Shown here: one piece after another, positions 9,939-18,920 of the stretch
Layout of the letters: every line of letters starts with the position of its first letter
Numbering within the stretch: position 1 is the first letter of the stretch
DNA from: Gammaproteobacteria bacterium
GTDB lineage: Bacteria; Pseudomonadota; Gammaproteobacteria; Steroidobacterales; Steroidobacteraceae
Reading direction: 5' to 3'
Length of the DNA: 53,317 nucleotides
Assembly: GCA_043738315.1 (NCBI GenBank)
Contig: JAYUGT010000287.1
Coordinates: 1 to 53,317 of the forward strand
Notes under the pieces: model-generated
The model's input: the letters and a program-made list of their open reading frames with translations, nothing else
The model's database searches: none
What the model was told of the DNA's origin: nothing
Made by a program: the position numbers and the translations under genes

Positions 9939-10781
9939 ATGCGACCCCATATCGAGTTCATTCAACAGCAGTGGCTGCCGTTCGAGCCCGGCGTATTGCC
10001 GCATGCGCGACCCGGTCTCGATGCACGCGTCCTGTCGCGCGATAGCGAAAGCGGCGCCTGCAGCCTGATCCTGCGCTATCCGGCCGGCTGGTCGCGCAAC
10101 GCAGAATGCCTGGAGGTTGACGAGGAATTGCTGGTCCTCGAAGGCGCGTTGGAGATTGACGGTGTTAGCTATGGCCGCCACGACTACGCGCACCTGCCGC
10201 GTGGCCTGGCGCGCGCCGGTATGCAGAGTGGCAACGGCGCACTGGTACTGACATTCTTTTCCGCCGAGGCCGTCGCCAGGCGCGCAGGCACCAGCGACCA
10301 TGATCCCGCCCGGCTGGTGCGCCACATCAACACCCGCACGCTGCCCGCACAGATTGGCCCGCGCAAGCACATGCGCAGCGAAGGCTTCGCTCACGGCGGC
10401 ACCGTGCACAAGCTGCTGTTCGACGACCCGCTCACCGGTGACAAGACCTGGCTCGCCGGCCTCGGGCCCTGGTGGCATTGCGAAACCCAGGAAACCCATC
10501 CGGTCGCCGAAGAAGAATTCGCACTGGCGGGCGACATCCACATGCCGAATGGGGTGCTGCGCGAGGGCGGCTATTTCTGGCGCCCGCCTGACATCGCACA
10601 CGGCCCGTTCGGCACCATCGGCGGCACGGTGCATTTGTGCCGCGGCAAGGGCGGACTTTACTCGACCGTGTTCACGCCGGCGCCGCAGCCATTTGCGTGG
10701 GATCCGCTCTATCGACCCATCGTCCCGGAATCCTATCGACGCTGGATTCCGCCGGAGCTGCTCGCCGCTGCAGCGCGTTAG
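9939..10781 (+). CDS. Bicupin-like protein (paralogue of 13178..14029)
   Basis: Frame of track ORF 9876..10781. Start set at ATG 9939 because MRPHIEFIQQQWLPF aligns with MSRPHICFIQSQCIPW of the paralogue. The cupin assignment is tentative. Confidence 0.6.
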   Translation: MRPHIEFIQQQWLPFEPGVLPHARPGLDARVLSRDSESGACSLILRYPAGWSRNAECLEVDEELLVLEGALEIDGVSYGRHDYAHLPRGLARAGMQSGNGALVLTFFSAEAVARRAGTSDHDPARLVRHINTRTLPAQIGPRKHMRSEGFAHGGTVHKLLFDDPLTGDKTWLAGLGPWWHCETQETHPVAEEEFALAGDIHMPNGVLREGGYFWRPPDIAHGPFGTIGGTVHLCRGKGGLYSTVFTPAPQPFAWDPLYRPIVPESYRRWIPPELLAAAAR

Positions 10782-11068
10782 CCGCCGGAGCGCTTCGCGG
10801 CGATTCCCTGCTTGGCGAGTTCCGCCACCACGGTGTCGCGATGCTCGCCATGAATCTCGATGACGCCATCGGGCCGCAGCTTGCCGCCGGCGCCACAACG
10901 CTTCTTGAGATCTTTCGCGAGCTGCTCGCGCAGGCTCCACGCGAGTGTCAGGCCGGTCACGACGGTAACGCCATGGCCGCCCTTGCCCTGCGTCTCACGC
11001 GCGACGCGCACTTTGCTTTCCACCATAATGCCCGCCATTATCCACTGAGGAAACCGCGGTTGCAGCAT
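10778..11068 (-). CDS. yciH: SUI1/YciH-family translation initiation factor-like protein (short N-terminus)
   Basis: GKGGHGVTVVTGL...LKKRCGAGGKLRPDGVIEIHGEHRD matches the SUI1 domain. The true start may be an internal ATG (11038 or 11026). Confidence 0.8.
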   Translation of the reverse strand: MLQPRFPQWIMAGIMVESKVRVARETQGKGGHGVTVVTGLTLAWSLREQLAKDLKKRCGAGGKLRPDGVIEIHGEHRDTVVAELAKQGIAAKRSGG

Positions 11069-11636
11069 GTGGCAGCGTTTGACAGCCTGGATCGCGCGAT
11101 GCTCGGGAGACTGGCGCCTGGTGGTCGGCGTCGGACTCTGTCAGATGCTGCTGTTGGTCGCGATGCTGCAGATCGGCAAGCCCTTCCAGCTGGCCACCGG
11201 CTACCCGCCATTCGACTTCCAGAGCACGCTGACGGTTGCCGACATGGAGCAGCAACTGGCGCATTACACGCCCGCGGCGCGGCAGCTGTACTACGGCATG
11301 TCAGCCATCGATTTTGTATTCCCGCCGCTCGGCGGCCTGTTCTGGGCGCTGCTCATCGGCGTCGGACTGCGCCTCGGCTGGCCTGAGTTCTGGCAGCGAC
11401 CTAACAACAAGAGCTGGTTGCTGCTGCCGTTCGTCGGCGCACTGTGCGACTGGTCGGAGAACCTTGGCCTGCTGGTCACGATCAGCAACTACCCGCCGTT
11501 CGAGCGCGGCTTTGCGAGCTTCGCGGTACTCGCCAAGCAGGGGAAGAACCTGACGATCAGCCTGACATTCACGATCGCAATCGCTGTGCTGATCGTCGGC
11601 GCGCTGCGCTACTGGCGCCGGCGGCGCGCGGTATGA
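11067..11636 (+). CDS. Integral membrane protein, unknown function
   Basis: 189 aa with about four hydrophobic segments and a basic C-terminus. I recognised no family. Confidence 0.55.
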   Translation: MWQRLTAWIARCSGDWRLVVGVGLCQMLLLVAMLQIGKPFQLATGYPPFDFQSTLTVADMEQQLAHYTPAARQLYYGMSAIDFVFPPLGGLFWALLIGVGLRLGWPEFWQRPNNKSWLLLPFVGALCDWSENLGLLVTISNYPPFERGFASFAVLAKQGKNLTISLTFTIAIAVLIVGALRYWRRRRAV

Positions 11637-11657
11637 GCCGCCCGCAGGCGCGTTGCA

Positions 11658-13181
11658 TCACCGCCTGAGATTGCCCGGATTCAGGCGATCGCCCGGATCG
11701 AGGGTCTGCTTGATCGACTGCCAGAGCTGCCGCGCCGCCGGCGTCAGCCGTGATTCGTACGCATAGGTTTTCGCCATCTGCACATGCACGGCGCCGGCCT
11801 GCGCCAGCGTAGTCACCAGGCCGTCACGCAATTCGCGGGCGAATTCCCGGGCGGCGGGATTGGCGGGCCGGTCACGGAACCGGGCGGCGCTGGCCGCATC
11901 GAGATGATCAAGATGCAGTTGCGACACCTCGTCGGTCCAGTAGAACGACGGCTCCAGCACCACGAACCCCGGCCGCGGACCTAACATGTAGCTTTCCCAG
12001 ATGCCGAGCGCATCCATGCGTGCGCGCTGCGACTCGAAAAACGCCTGCACCGCGGCGGCCGCGGATTCAGCGCGCGAATACGGCAGCATCGCGTTGGTCG
12101 GCACCCAGCGCTCGCCCTCGGGCCCGAGGAAGCCGCGCACCGAATATGGCTTCGCCGCAAGCGCCATTGGCAGCAGATTGGGAATCTCGCGCCCTTCCTT
12201 CGTACCCGCGGCCCGCAGCAGCGCGAGTGAGTCCTCGACCGCGCGCTCGCTGACGCCCTCGGAGGTTACGTGCAGCGACCACTGCACGCCTTCCATGAAA
12301 TTGCGGCCCGCCGCCGCCATCTTCATCGCATCCAGCAAGCCGCCGCCGACGCCGCCCTTGGCGATCGCGACGTTAGCCAGCGTGCTGATGGCGTCCTTGA
12401 AGCCGACGCGCGGCGCGTTCTGGCTCTTGCGCGGATCCAGGCCCATCATCCGGCCGGGCAGTCGCAACTGGCTGCAGGCAACCATGCCGCGCATCAGGGC
12501 GCCAAAGGTGCCGTAGGCGAAGGACAGGTAGCCCTTGGCACGCGGCAACGGCTCGAGCGCGATAGTCGCAGCCGTCTTGATGCCTAACGCACCGCCGTCG
12601 GCGATGAACAGCCCCGCCAGATCCGGGCCGAAATTGCGGAAAAACGGCGCCGTACCGGCCGCGGCGGAACCCGTCGTAACCACCGCGCCGTCCGCGAGCA
12701 CGAGCTCGAGACTCAGGATGCCGGACATTTCGTCCGCCGTGCCCTGCGAGAGCGCGCCACCGACCGTGGAATAAATTCCGGAATATGGCGGCTTGAATAC
12801 CGGACGCAGCCCGGTGCCCTGCAACGCATCGGTCAGCGCCATCCACGGCGAACCCGCTTCGACGGTGACGTACTGATCGACCAGGTTGATTTCCCGCACG
12901 CGGTTGAGGCGGCGCAGGTCCAGGGTCACGCTGTTAGCCTGGGACGGAACGTAGCCGCCACTGTAGGACATGCCGCCACCGCGTGGCACGACGGCCATGC
13001 CGGTGCGGCCGGCGCGGCGAACCACCGCCGCAACTTCTTCTGCATTGGCTGGCGCAACCACGACAGCCGAAACCGGCGCGTCCGGCCAGAAAAAGATATC
13101 ACGCGAGAAATAGGCCCTGGCGGCTTCGTCCTGTTGCACGTATTGCGGACCGACGATGCCGGAAAATTCGCTGATACTCAC
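11658..13181 (-). CDS. FAD-linked oxidase (PCMH-type FAD-binding, GlcD-like)
   Basis: VVVAPANAEEVAAVVRRAGRTGMAVVPRGGGMSYSGG is the FAD_binding_4 signature region. Confidence 0.85.
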   Translation of the reverse strand: MSISEFSGIVGPQYVQQDEAARAYFSRDIFFWPDAPVSAVVVAPANAEEVAAVVRRAGRTGMAVVPRGGGMSYSGGYVPSQANSVTLDLRRLNRVREINLVDQYVTVEAGSPWMALTDALQGTGLRPVFKPPYSGIYSTVGGALSQGTADEMSGILSLELVLADGAVVTTGSAAAGTAPFFRNFGPDLAGLFIADGGALGIKTAATIALEPLPRAKGYLSFAYGTFGALMRGMVACSQLRLPGRMMGLDPRKSQNAPRVGFKDAISTLANVAIAKGGVGGGLLDAMKMAAAGRNFMEGVQWSLHVTSEGVSERAVEDSLALLRAAGTKEGREIPNLLPMALAAKPYSVRGFLGPEGERWVPTNAMLPYSRAESAAAAVQAFFESQRARMDALGIWESYMLGPRPGFVVLEPSFYWTDEVSQLHLDHLDAASAARFRDRPANPAAREFARELRDGLVTTLAQAGAVHVQMAKTYAYESRLTPAARQLWQSIKQTLDPGDRLNPGNLRR

Positions 13182-14029
13182 CAGGACTCTCCCTCGTCAA
13201 CAGGGCGCGCGATGGCCCGCAAATGCGACGGCAAACTCGGCCGGTACTCCGGGCGCCAGGAAAACGGCGCAGGTTCCGCGGAAAAATGGTTGGATAAGGG
13301 GCCACCTGACACGCGAATGAACAGGCAGTAGCCGGTCTCGCTGCCCGCAGGCCCGTGCCACTGCCCCTCGCGCCAGAACGCATAGCCGCCGGCGCTCATG
13401 CGGCCGACGTCGCCAAAAACGTAGCTGCCCGACAGGGTGAACAGCTCCTCGATCACCGGATGCGTGAACTTGCCGGGCATGATCGCCGGCGGCGCGTGCT
13501 GCGGCATCGCGCAGTACAGGAACGACTGCTCGCCGCTCGCGGCATCGCGCCGCAGTATCTTGCTGGCGATGCCCGGGCTCAGGGGTTTTCCGGTCACGCT
13601 GCCGGCGGCTCCGTGTTGCCACGGTAGCGCGTAAGTATCCTCGATCACTGTCGGCGGCTCCGGTCGAGCCGGCCCGCTCATGACCAGTGCCACGGCGCCT
13701 GCGCGGCTGCGCAACTGGCCGTTCTGCTCACTGCTCGCAGCAAGCCTCAGGTAGCCGTGCGGACCTAACAACGCGGACGGGCGACCCGATTCCTCCAGCG
13801 TCCAGTCGCCATCCAGCATCAGCATTTCCAGGTACTGGCCGGAACGCGACGCCCACGGGCGCTGAAAGCCCGGTGGCACGCGTACCACCGCGGTGACCGA
13901 CTCGTCGTCAGAGTCACTACTCAGGATTTTCAGCTGAACGCCCGGCGCGGCCAGCCACCGCAGGCTGCCGGCGGGCTCGGCCCAGGGAATGCACTGCGAT
14001 TGGATGAAGCAGATATGAGGCCGGCTCAT
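13178..14029 (-). CDS. Bicupin-like protein (paralogue of 9939..10781)
   Basis: Frame of track ORF 13178..14083. Start at ATG 14029 gives MSRPHICFIQSQ, which aligns with the paralogue. 4-nt overlap with the FAD oxidase gene. Confidence 0.6.
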   Translation of the reverse strand: MSRPHICFIQSQCIPWAEPAGSLRWLAAPGVQLKILSSDSDDESVTAVVRVPPGFQRPWASRSGQYLEMLMLDGDWTLEESGRPSALLGPHGYLRLAASSEQNGQLRSRAGAVALVMSGPARPEPPTVIEDTYALPWQHGAAGSVTGKPLSPGIASKILRRDAASGEQSFLYCAMPQHAPPAIMPGKFTHPVIEELFTLSGSYVFGDVGRMSAGGYAFWREGQWHGPAGSETGYCLFIRVSGGPLSNHFSAEPAPFSWRPEYRPSLPSHLRAIARPVDEGESW

Positions 14030-14042
14030 GGCTGACAGGCCC

Positions 14043-14429
14043 TCACGTGGCGGGCCTGAATTCAGCCATGTCGCTGAAGACATCCAGCGTCGCGATCAAT
14101 CCATTCTGCAGGCCGAAGCGATCGACGAAGCGCACGCCCTGGAAAGCGCTGCCGTCCAGCCAGGTTCCCGACATGGTGCCGACGCTGTAGACAACCGCCG
14201 AATCGCCCTCGACGCGGACGTCAAACTCATCGACATGCTTGCGGACCACGCCCTGGCGCGCACGGCTGTGCGCGAAGAAGTCCTCGAGGCGGGTGAATCG
14301 ATGATTGCCTGACACGGTCATGACAAAGCCGGGTGCTAACAAAGCTTGCAGTCGCGGCAGGTCCCGCGCAGACATCGCGGCAAAAAAATCGCCGGCCACC
14401 TGGCGCGCGCGTTCCGCGGCCGCACTCAC
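14043..14429 (-). CDS. SnoaL/NTF2-like small protein
   Basis: This is the C-terminal 129 codons of track ORF 14043..15041. GTG at 14429 overlaps the MFS stop (GTGA). FFAAMSARDLPRLQALLAPGF...FVDRF is typical of SnoaL-like folds. Confidence 0.65.
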   Translation of the reverse strand: MSAAAERARQVAGDFFAAMSARDLPRLQALLAPGFVMTVSGNHRFTRLEDFFAHSRARQGVVRKHVDEFDVRVEGDSAVVYSVGTMSGTWLDGSAFQGVRFVDRFGLQNGLIATLDVFSDMAEFRPAT

Positions 14430-15757
14430 GCAGCGGCTCCCTGCAGCTGGCGCGATTCCAGGTTCTGCACCGCCGCCCGGTACGCGCTCAGGCCAAACAG
14501 CATCGTGGTGGTCAGGATACCGCCGACGATGAACGAGACCGCCGCCATCGAATAGCGCACGCCGGCGGTGCCGAAGACGTGATCGTTCAGCGCGCCAACC
14601 AGGGACGGCCCCAGCAACAGGCCAAAGCCGTTGATGAAGATCACGTACACCGAGGTCAGGCGGGCGCGGTAGTCGCCCGGCGTCATGTGCAGCAGCGCAG
14701 CAGCGCCGGCTGGCGTGCTGGCCGCACCGGCCAGCGTTGCCGGCACGAGCACGATCAATGCCAGCAGCGGCGACGGCATCAGCACTACGGCGGTCGACAA
14801 AAATACCATCGCGAACAGGCAACCCATCGCCGTGCGATACGGACCATCCGACTGGCCGCGGCGATAATAACGGCTGTTGAGCCAGCCGCTGCACCAGGCA
14901 CCTAACGGACCGAAGATCAGCAGGATCCAGCCGTAGCTGAAGGCGAAGTCCGCGACGCTCCAGTGCAAGGTGCGGGAAAACATCGTCGGCAGCCATTGCC
15001 ACGCATAGCCGATCAGCGGCGAGGTCACCTGGCCGACGCAAAGCAGCAGGTAAGCCGGCCAGTAGGCCTTGAGATACTCGCGCATGGCGGGCCAGCTCGG
15101 TCCGCTGTGGCTGAGCCGTTCGCCGCGCGGTGGCTCGCGCACCAGCAGGATCAGGATCGCCACGACCAGTCCCGGCAGTCCGGCGGCGACCAGCACCATC
15201 TGCCAGGAAGCCAGCGGGCCGACCACGGGCAGCTCGTAGCCCGGGCGCGCCTGCATCCAGGACACGATCAGGCCACCTAACAAATATGCGATGCCCATGC
15301 CGAAAGACACGCCCATGTTGAAGACGCTGATCGCGCGACTCTGCTGCTCGCGTGGAAACAGGTCCCCGACCAGCGAATTACCGGCCGGGGTGAGCGCCGC
15401 CTCGCCGGCACCCACGCCAAAGCGCGCCAGTTTCAACTGATCGAAGCTGCGGGCCAGGCCGGAGAACGAGGTCATCGCACACCAGAACAGCATCGCGATG
15501 CCGATGATCTTCTTGCGATTCCGCCGGTCCGCGAGCCAGCCGAACGGCAGGCCGAACAGCACGTAGAAGACAGCGAACACCGGACCTAACAAAATTCCCA
15601 TGTCCTGGTCGCTGACCTGAAACTGCGCTTTCACCGGATCCACGACCATGGTCAGGATCCAGCGATCCAGCAGCGAAAACGCATACGCCAGCGCCAGCAA
15701 CGTCACCACGTACCAGGCGTAGCGGCGCGAATGCCGCGGCTGGTCAATAGGCGGCAT
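14426..15757 (-). CDS. MFS transporter
   Basis: 443 aa with 12 hydrophobic segments and a DRRNRKK loop between TM2 and TM3. Confidence 0.85.
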   Translation of the reverse strand: MPPIDQPRHSRRYAWYVVTLLALAYAFSLLDRWILTMVVDPVKAQFQVSDQDMGILLGPVFAVFYVLFGLPFGWLADRRNRKKIIGIAMLFWCAMTSFSGLARSFDQLKLARFGVGAGEAALTPAGNSLVGDLFPREQQSRAISVFNMGVSFGMGIAYLLGGLIVSWMQARPGYELPVVGPLASWQMVLVAAGLPGLVVAILILLVREPPRGERLSHSGPSWPAMREYLKAYWPAYLLLCVGQVTSPLIGYAWQWLPTMFSRTLHWSVADFAFSYGWILLIFGPLGAWCSGWLNSRYYRRGQSDGPYRTAMGCLFAMVFLSTAVVLMPSPLLALIVLVPATLAGAASTPAGAAALLHMTPGDYRARLTSVYVIFINGFGLLLGPSLVGALNDHVFGTAGVRYSMAAVSFIVGGILTTTMLFGLSAYRAAVQNLESRQLQGAAA

Positions 15758-16955
15758 TGGTCACTTCCAGCCCCAGCGCGTGCTGGCCCCACATGGTGCC
15801 GCACAGATCCCAGGACAGCCCCAGATGCGCGCCCGCGGCATGCGCGTCGCGAAAGGCGCGCTGCATGTGATTGTCGAGGTAGATGCCGCGGCCGCCTGCG
15901 ACGGTGAACAATCGATCCACTGCCGCGACCAGCAGTTTTGCGCAGTAAGCCTGGTTGCGCCGCAACTGCAACCGCAATGCGACCGGGACATCGCCACCGT
16001 GCTCGACGGCCTGCATGCATTCGCGGCAATCGGCGTGGATCAGGGCGCGCGCCGCGTCGATGTCCGCCGCCGACTCTGCGATCTTCATCTGCACGATCTG
16101 CTGGCCGGCGGCGCTGGCGCCGGTCGTCACCAGCTTGCGCTCCCGCGCACCGCTCAGCGTCAGTTCCAGCGCGCCCTGGGCGATTCCCAGCAGCGGCGCG
16201 AGGATTGCGAACGGGTTGAGCGCAATCAGGGGCAGGCGGAACAGCGGCGCTTTGTTAGCTTCGAGGCCCGGGCCCCCGCCTTCCTTCAGCTCCTGCATCG
16301 AAACCGTACGATGTTCGGGAATGTACACATCGGTCAGCTCGACGTCCCGGCTGCCGGTGGCGGCCAGGCCGGCCACATGCCAGGTGTCGATCACCTGGCA
16401 CTCGGCACGCGGCAGCAGCACGCAAATAAAGCGGCTGGCACCGCCTCCCTCAAGCGGCGGCGCGGTGGTCGAGAACACGCACCAGTCTGCGCAGTCGATG
16501 CCACTGACAAAATTCCAGCGCCCGGTGACGCGGTAGCCACCCGGCACCGGCACGGCCTTGCCGTTCGGCGTAATCGACGAGGTGATGAGCGCGTTGCGCT
16601 GGCTGCCCCAGACGTCGTCCTGCGCCCGCGCGGAAAACTTGGCTAACAACCAGGCGCGCTCGGCAGTCACGCCGAGGATCCAGGCGGTGGACCCGCAGCC
16701 GCGCCCGACGGTGGCGACGATGTCGACGAATTCGGGCATGCCGAGCTCGAAGCCGCCAAAACGCCGCGGCTTCTGCAGGTCAAACAGCTGTGCCGCCTGC
16801 AATTCGCCGATCGTCACGTCGGGTACGCGCCGCGCGAGCTCAGCGGCCTGGGCGCGCTCACGCAGCCGCGGCACCGCGTCGCGGGCACGTTCCATCAAAA
16901 ACGCGTACTCGGCGTTCACAAACGCAAGAGTCCAAGTCTTGCCGGGCCAGGTCAA
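15744..16955 (-). CDS. Acyl-CoA dehydrogenase-fold flavoenzyme (group D monooxygenase-like)
   Basis: 403 aa with the three-domain ACAD layout. The C-terminal helical domain resembles HpaB/DszC-type oxygenases more than true ACADs. Called by eye. Confidence 0.75.
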   Translation of the reverse strand: MTWPGKTWTLAFVNAEYAFLMERARDAVPRLRERAQAAELARRVPDVTIGELQAAQLFDLQKPRRFGGFELGMPEFVDIVATVGRGCGSTAWILGVTAERAWLLAKFSARAQDDVWGSQRNALITSSITPNGKAVPVPGGYRVTGRWNFVSGIDCADWCVFSTTAPPLEGGGASRFICVLLPRAECQVIDTWHVAGLAATGSRDVELTDVYIPEHRTVSMQELKEGGGPGLEANKAPLFRLPLIALNPFAILAPLLGIAQGALELTLSGARERKLVTTGASAAGQQIVQMKIAESAADIDAARALIHADCRECMQAVEHGGDVPVALRLQLRRNQAYCAKLLVAAVDRLFTVAGGRGIYLDNHMQRAFRDAHAAGAHLGLSWDLCGTMWGQHALGLEVTNAAY

Positions 16956-17002
16956 GAAATAACATGCGCCCGCAGCTGAGTTGCTCGCGTGGCGGAGGCA
17001 TA

Positions 17003-17848
17003 ATGCGGTCCGTGGCCATGAAACCCAGAATTGCAGTGCTCGGCAGTGGCACGGCCCGCCCGGAATTGCCCCCGCACTTTTTCGAGCGTAACGACGCCGA
17101 GCCGTGGGCCGCGCCGGTCAGGTTGTCGGCGTTTGCACGCACACCCTACGAACGTCTGGTTGTCGATGTCGGCTATGTCGATGCCGCACAGAAAGCGGCG
17201 CCGTCGACGGATGTGATCTTTATCAACTCATTTGCCGACTACGGTATCGATGCGATGCGCGCGGTGCTCGCTATTCCGGTCGTCGGCGCAGGCGAAGCCG
17301 CCTTGCTGGAAGCGGCCCGCCAGGCCAAGCGCTTTGCCATCGTCACAGTCTGGCCGGAATCCATGGCGTTTCTTTATCACGAGCGGCTGCGCGCGCTAGG
17401 TCTGGCAGAGCGTTGCGTGAGCATCGTGCATGTATCGCCGGAATCCGAACTCGCAAAACTGGGCAGCGACGACAGCGTCATGGAACGCATGCACCGCCAT
17501 GAACCGACGGTGCTGGAACAATTGCGCGACGCCTGCAGCCGCGCGGTTACAAGGCAAGGCGCCGGATGCGTCGTGTTAGGTTGCACCTGCATGGCGCCGA
17601 TCGGCCCGGCGCTGGCTGCGGCCTGTGCCTTCCCGGTCCTGGAGAGCTCGCGCATTGGCCTGGCCGCGAGCATCGGCGCTGCCGGCACCAGACAGGACCG
17701 TCGCGCGCCGCGATCCGACGGCACGCAGCTCGTGACGCTCGTAGACGCCTGGGCCGGCGCCCAGGCAACGAATTCGATTGCCCGTGAACCAGACTGCCCC
17801 GTATGCGACCAAGGAGCTGCAAATGACGCTACTGTTAGATCGCCGTAA
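17003..17848 (+). CDS. Asp/Glu/hydantoin racemase-family protein
   Basis: Frame of track ORF 16790..17848. ATG 17003 follows GGAGG. FINSFADYG and VVLGCTCM are the paired Cys-loop regions of this family. Confidence 0.7.
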   Translation: MRSVAMKPRIAVLGSGTARPELPPHFFERNDAEPWAAPVRLSAFARTPYERLVVDVGYVDAAQKAAPSTDVIFINSFADYGIDAMRAVLAIPVVGAGEAALLEAARQAKRFAIVTVWPESMAFLYHERLRALGLAERCVSIVHVSPESELAKLGSDDSVMERMHRHEPTVLEQLRDACSRAVTRQGAGCVVLGCTCMAPIGPALAAACAFPVLESSRIGLAASIGAAGTRQDRRAPRSDGTQLVTLVDAWAGAQATNSIAREPDCPVCDQGAANDATVRSP

Positions 17849-18920
17849 CCTCTTGTTGCTCGGAACCGCCGCCATCGGCACGGTGGCGCTGGCGAAGCCC
17901 GCAGCCAGGGCGGCGCCCGCGCTCAAGTTCCCGATTCGCATCTCCGGCAATGAGAACCCGTACGGTCCCGGCCCGATGGCCCGCGCCGCCATGGCGGCTA
18001 ACACCGACGAAGCCTGCCGCTATGCCGGCCGCCAGTACTCCGAGCTGGTGGAAAAACTGCAGAAGCGCGAGCAGGTCGGCAAGGGTCAGATCGTGCTGGG
18101 CTCTGGTTCCGGTGAACTGCTGAACACGCTGGCAATCGCTTTCTGCGACCGCGGCGAAATGGTCTGCGGCTGGCCCACCTTCGAGTTCATCATGGCCTAT
18201 GCGACCAAGCTCGGCTGCGAGCTGCGCAAGGTGCCCCTGGATGCCAACCTCGCGCACGACCTGCCGGCGATGGCCGCTGCGACCAGTGCCAACACTGCGC
18301 TGATTTATGTCTGCAATCCTAACAATCCGACCGGCACGGTGATCGACGGCGCCACGCTGCGGCAGTTCTGCCGCGAACAATCGCAGCGCGCGCTGGTGGT
18401 GGTCGACGAGGCCTACCTGGACCTAGTCGACGCCGGCGCGACGGAGAGCATGGTGGACCTGGTGCGCGAAGGCGCCAACGTGGTCATCCTGCGCACCTTT
18501 TCCAAGATCCACGGCCTGGCCGGCATGCGAGTCGGCTACGCGGTCGCCCGCCCGGACGTGGCGGCGCGCCTGCGCCGCTATTCGACCACCATACCTAACA
18601 CGCTCGGGCTGGCGGCCGCGAGCGTGAGCCTCGACGACACGCAATTCCTGGCTGCGACCCGCAATTCGCTGCTGGTAGACCGCAAGAGGCTCAGCGCCAT
18701 GCTCGACGAAATGGGGATCCGGTACGCCAAGCCCCAGGGCAATTTCATATTCACCAGGGTCGGCATGCCGTCGGCGGATTTTTCCAAGGCCCTGCAGGCC
18801 GAAAAAATCGAGGTCAGCCGGCCGTTCGATTTGTTTCCCGACTGGAACCGCATCACCATCGGCACCAGCGCTGAAATGGACTACGTTTTACCGGTCCTGC
18901 GGCGCATAATTCGCGCATGA
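17823..18920 (+). CDS. Tat-signal PLP-dependent aminotransferase (HisC-like, class II)
   Basis: ATG 17823 with AAGGAG 6 nt upstream. MTLLLDRRNLLLLGTAAIGTVALAKPAARA is a twin-arginine signal. VCNPNNPTG, VVVDEAY and FSKIHGLAGMRVGY (PLP Lys) are aminotransferase motifs. Confidence 0.8.
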   Translation: MTLLLDRRNLLLLGTAAIGTVALAKPAARAAPALKFPIRISGNENPYGPGPMARAAMAANTDEACRYAGRQYSELVEKLQKREQVGKGQIVLGSGSGELLNTLAIAFCDRGEMVCGWPTFEFIMAYATKLGCELRKVPLDANLAHDLPAMAAATSANTALIYVCNPNNPTGTVIDGATLRQFCREQSQRALVVVDEAYLDLVDAGATESMVDLVREGANVVILRTFSKIHGLAGMRVGYAVARPDVAARLRRYSTTIPNTLGLAAASVSLDDTQFLAATRNSLLVDRKRLSAMLDEMGIRYAKPQGNFIFTRVGMPSADFSKALQAEKIEVSRPFDLFPDWNRITIGTSAEMDYVLPVLRRIIRA

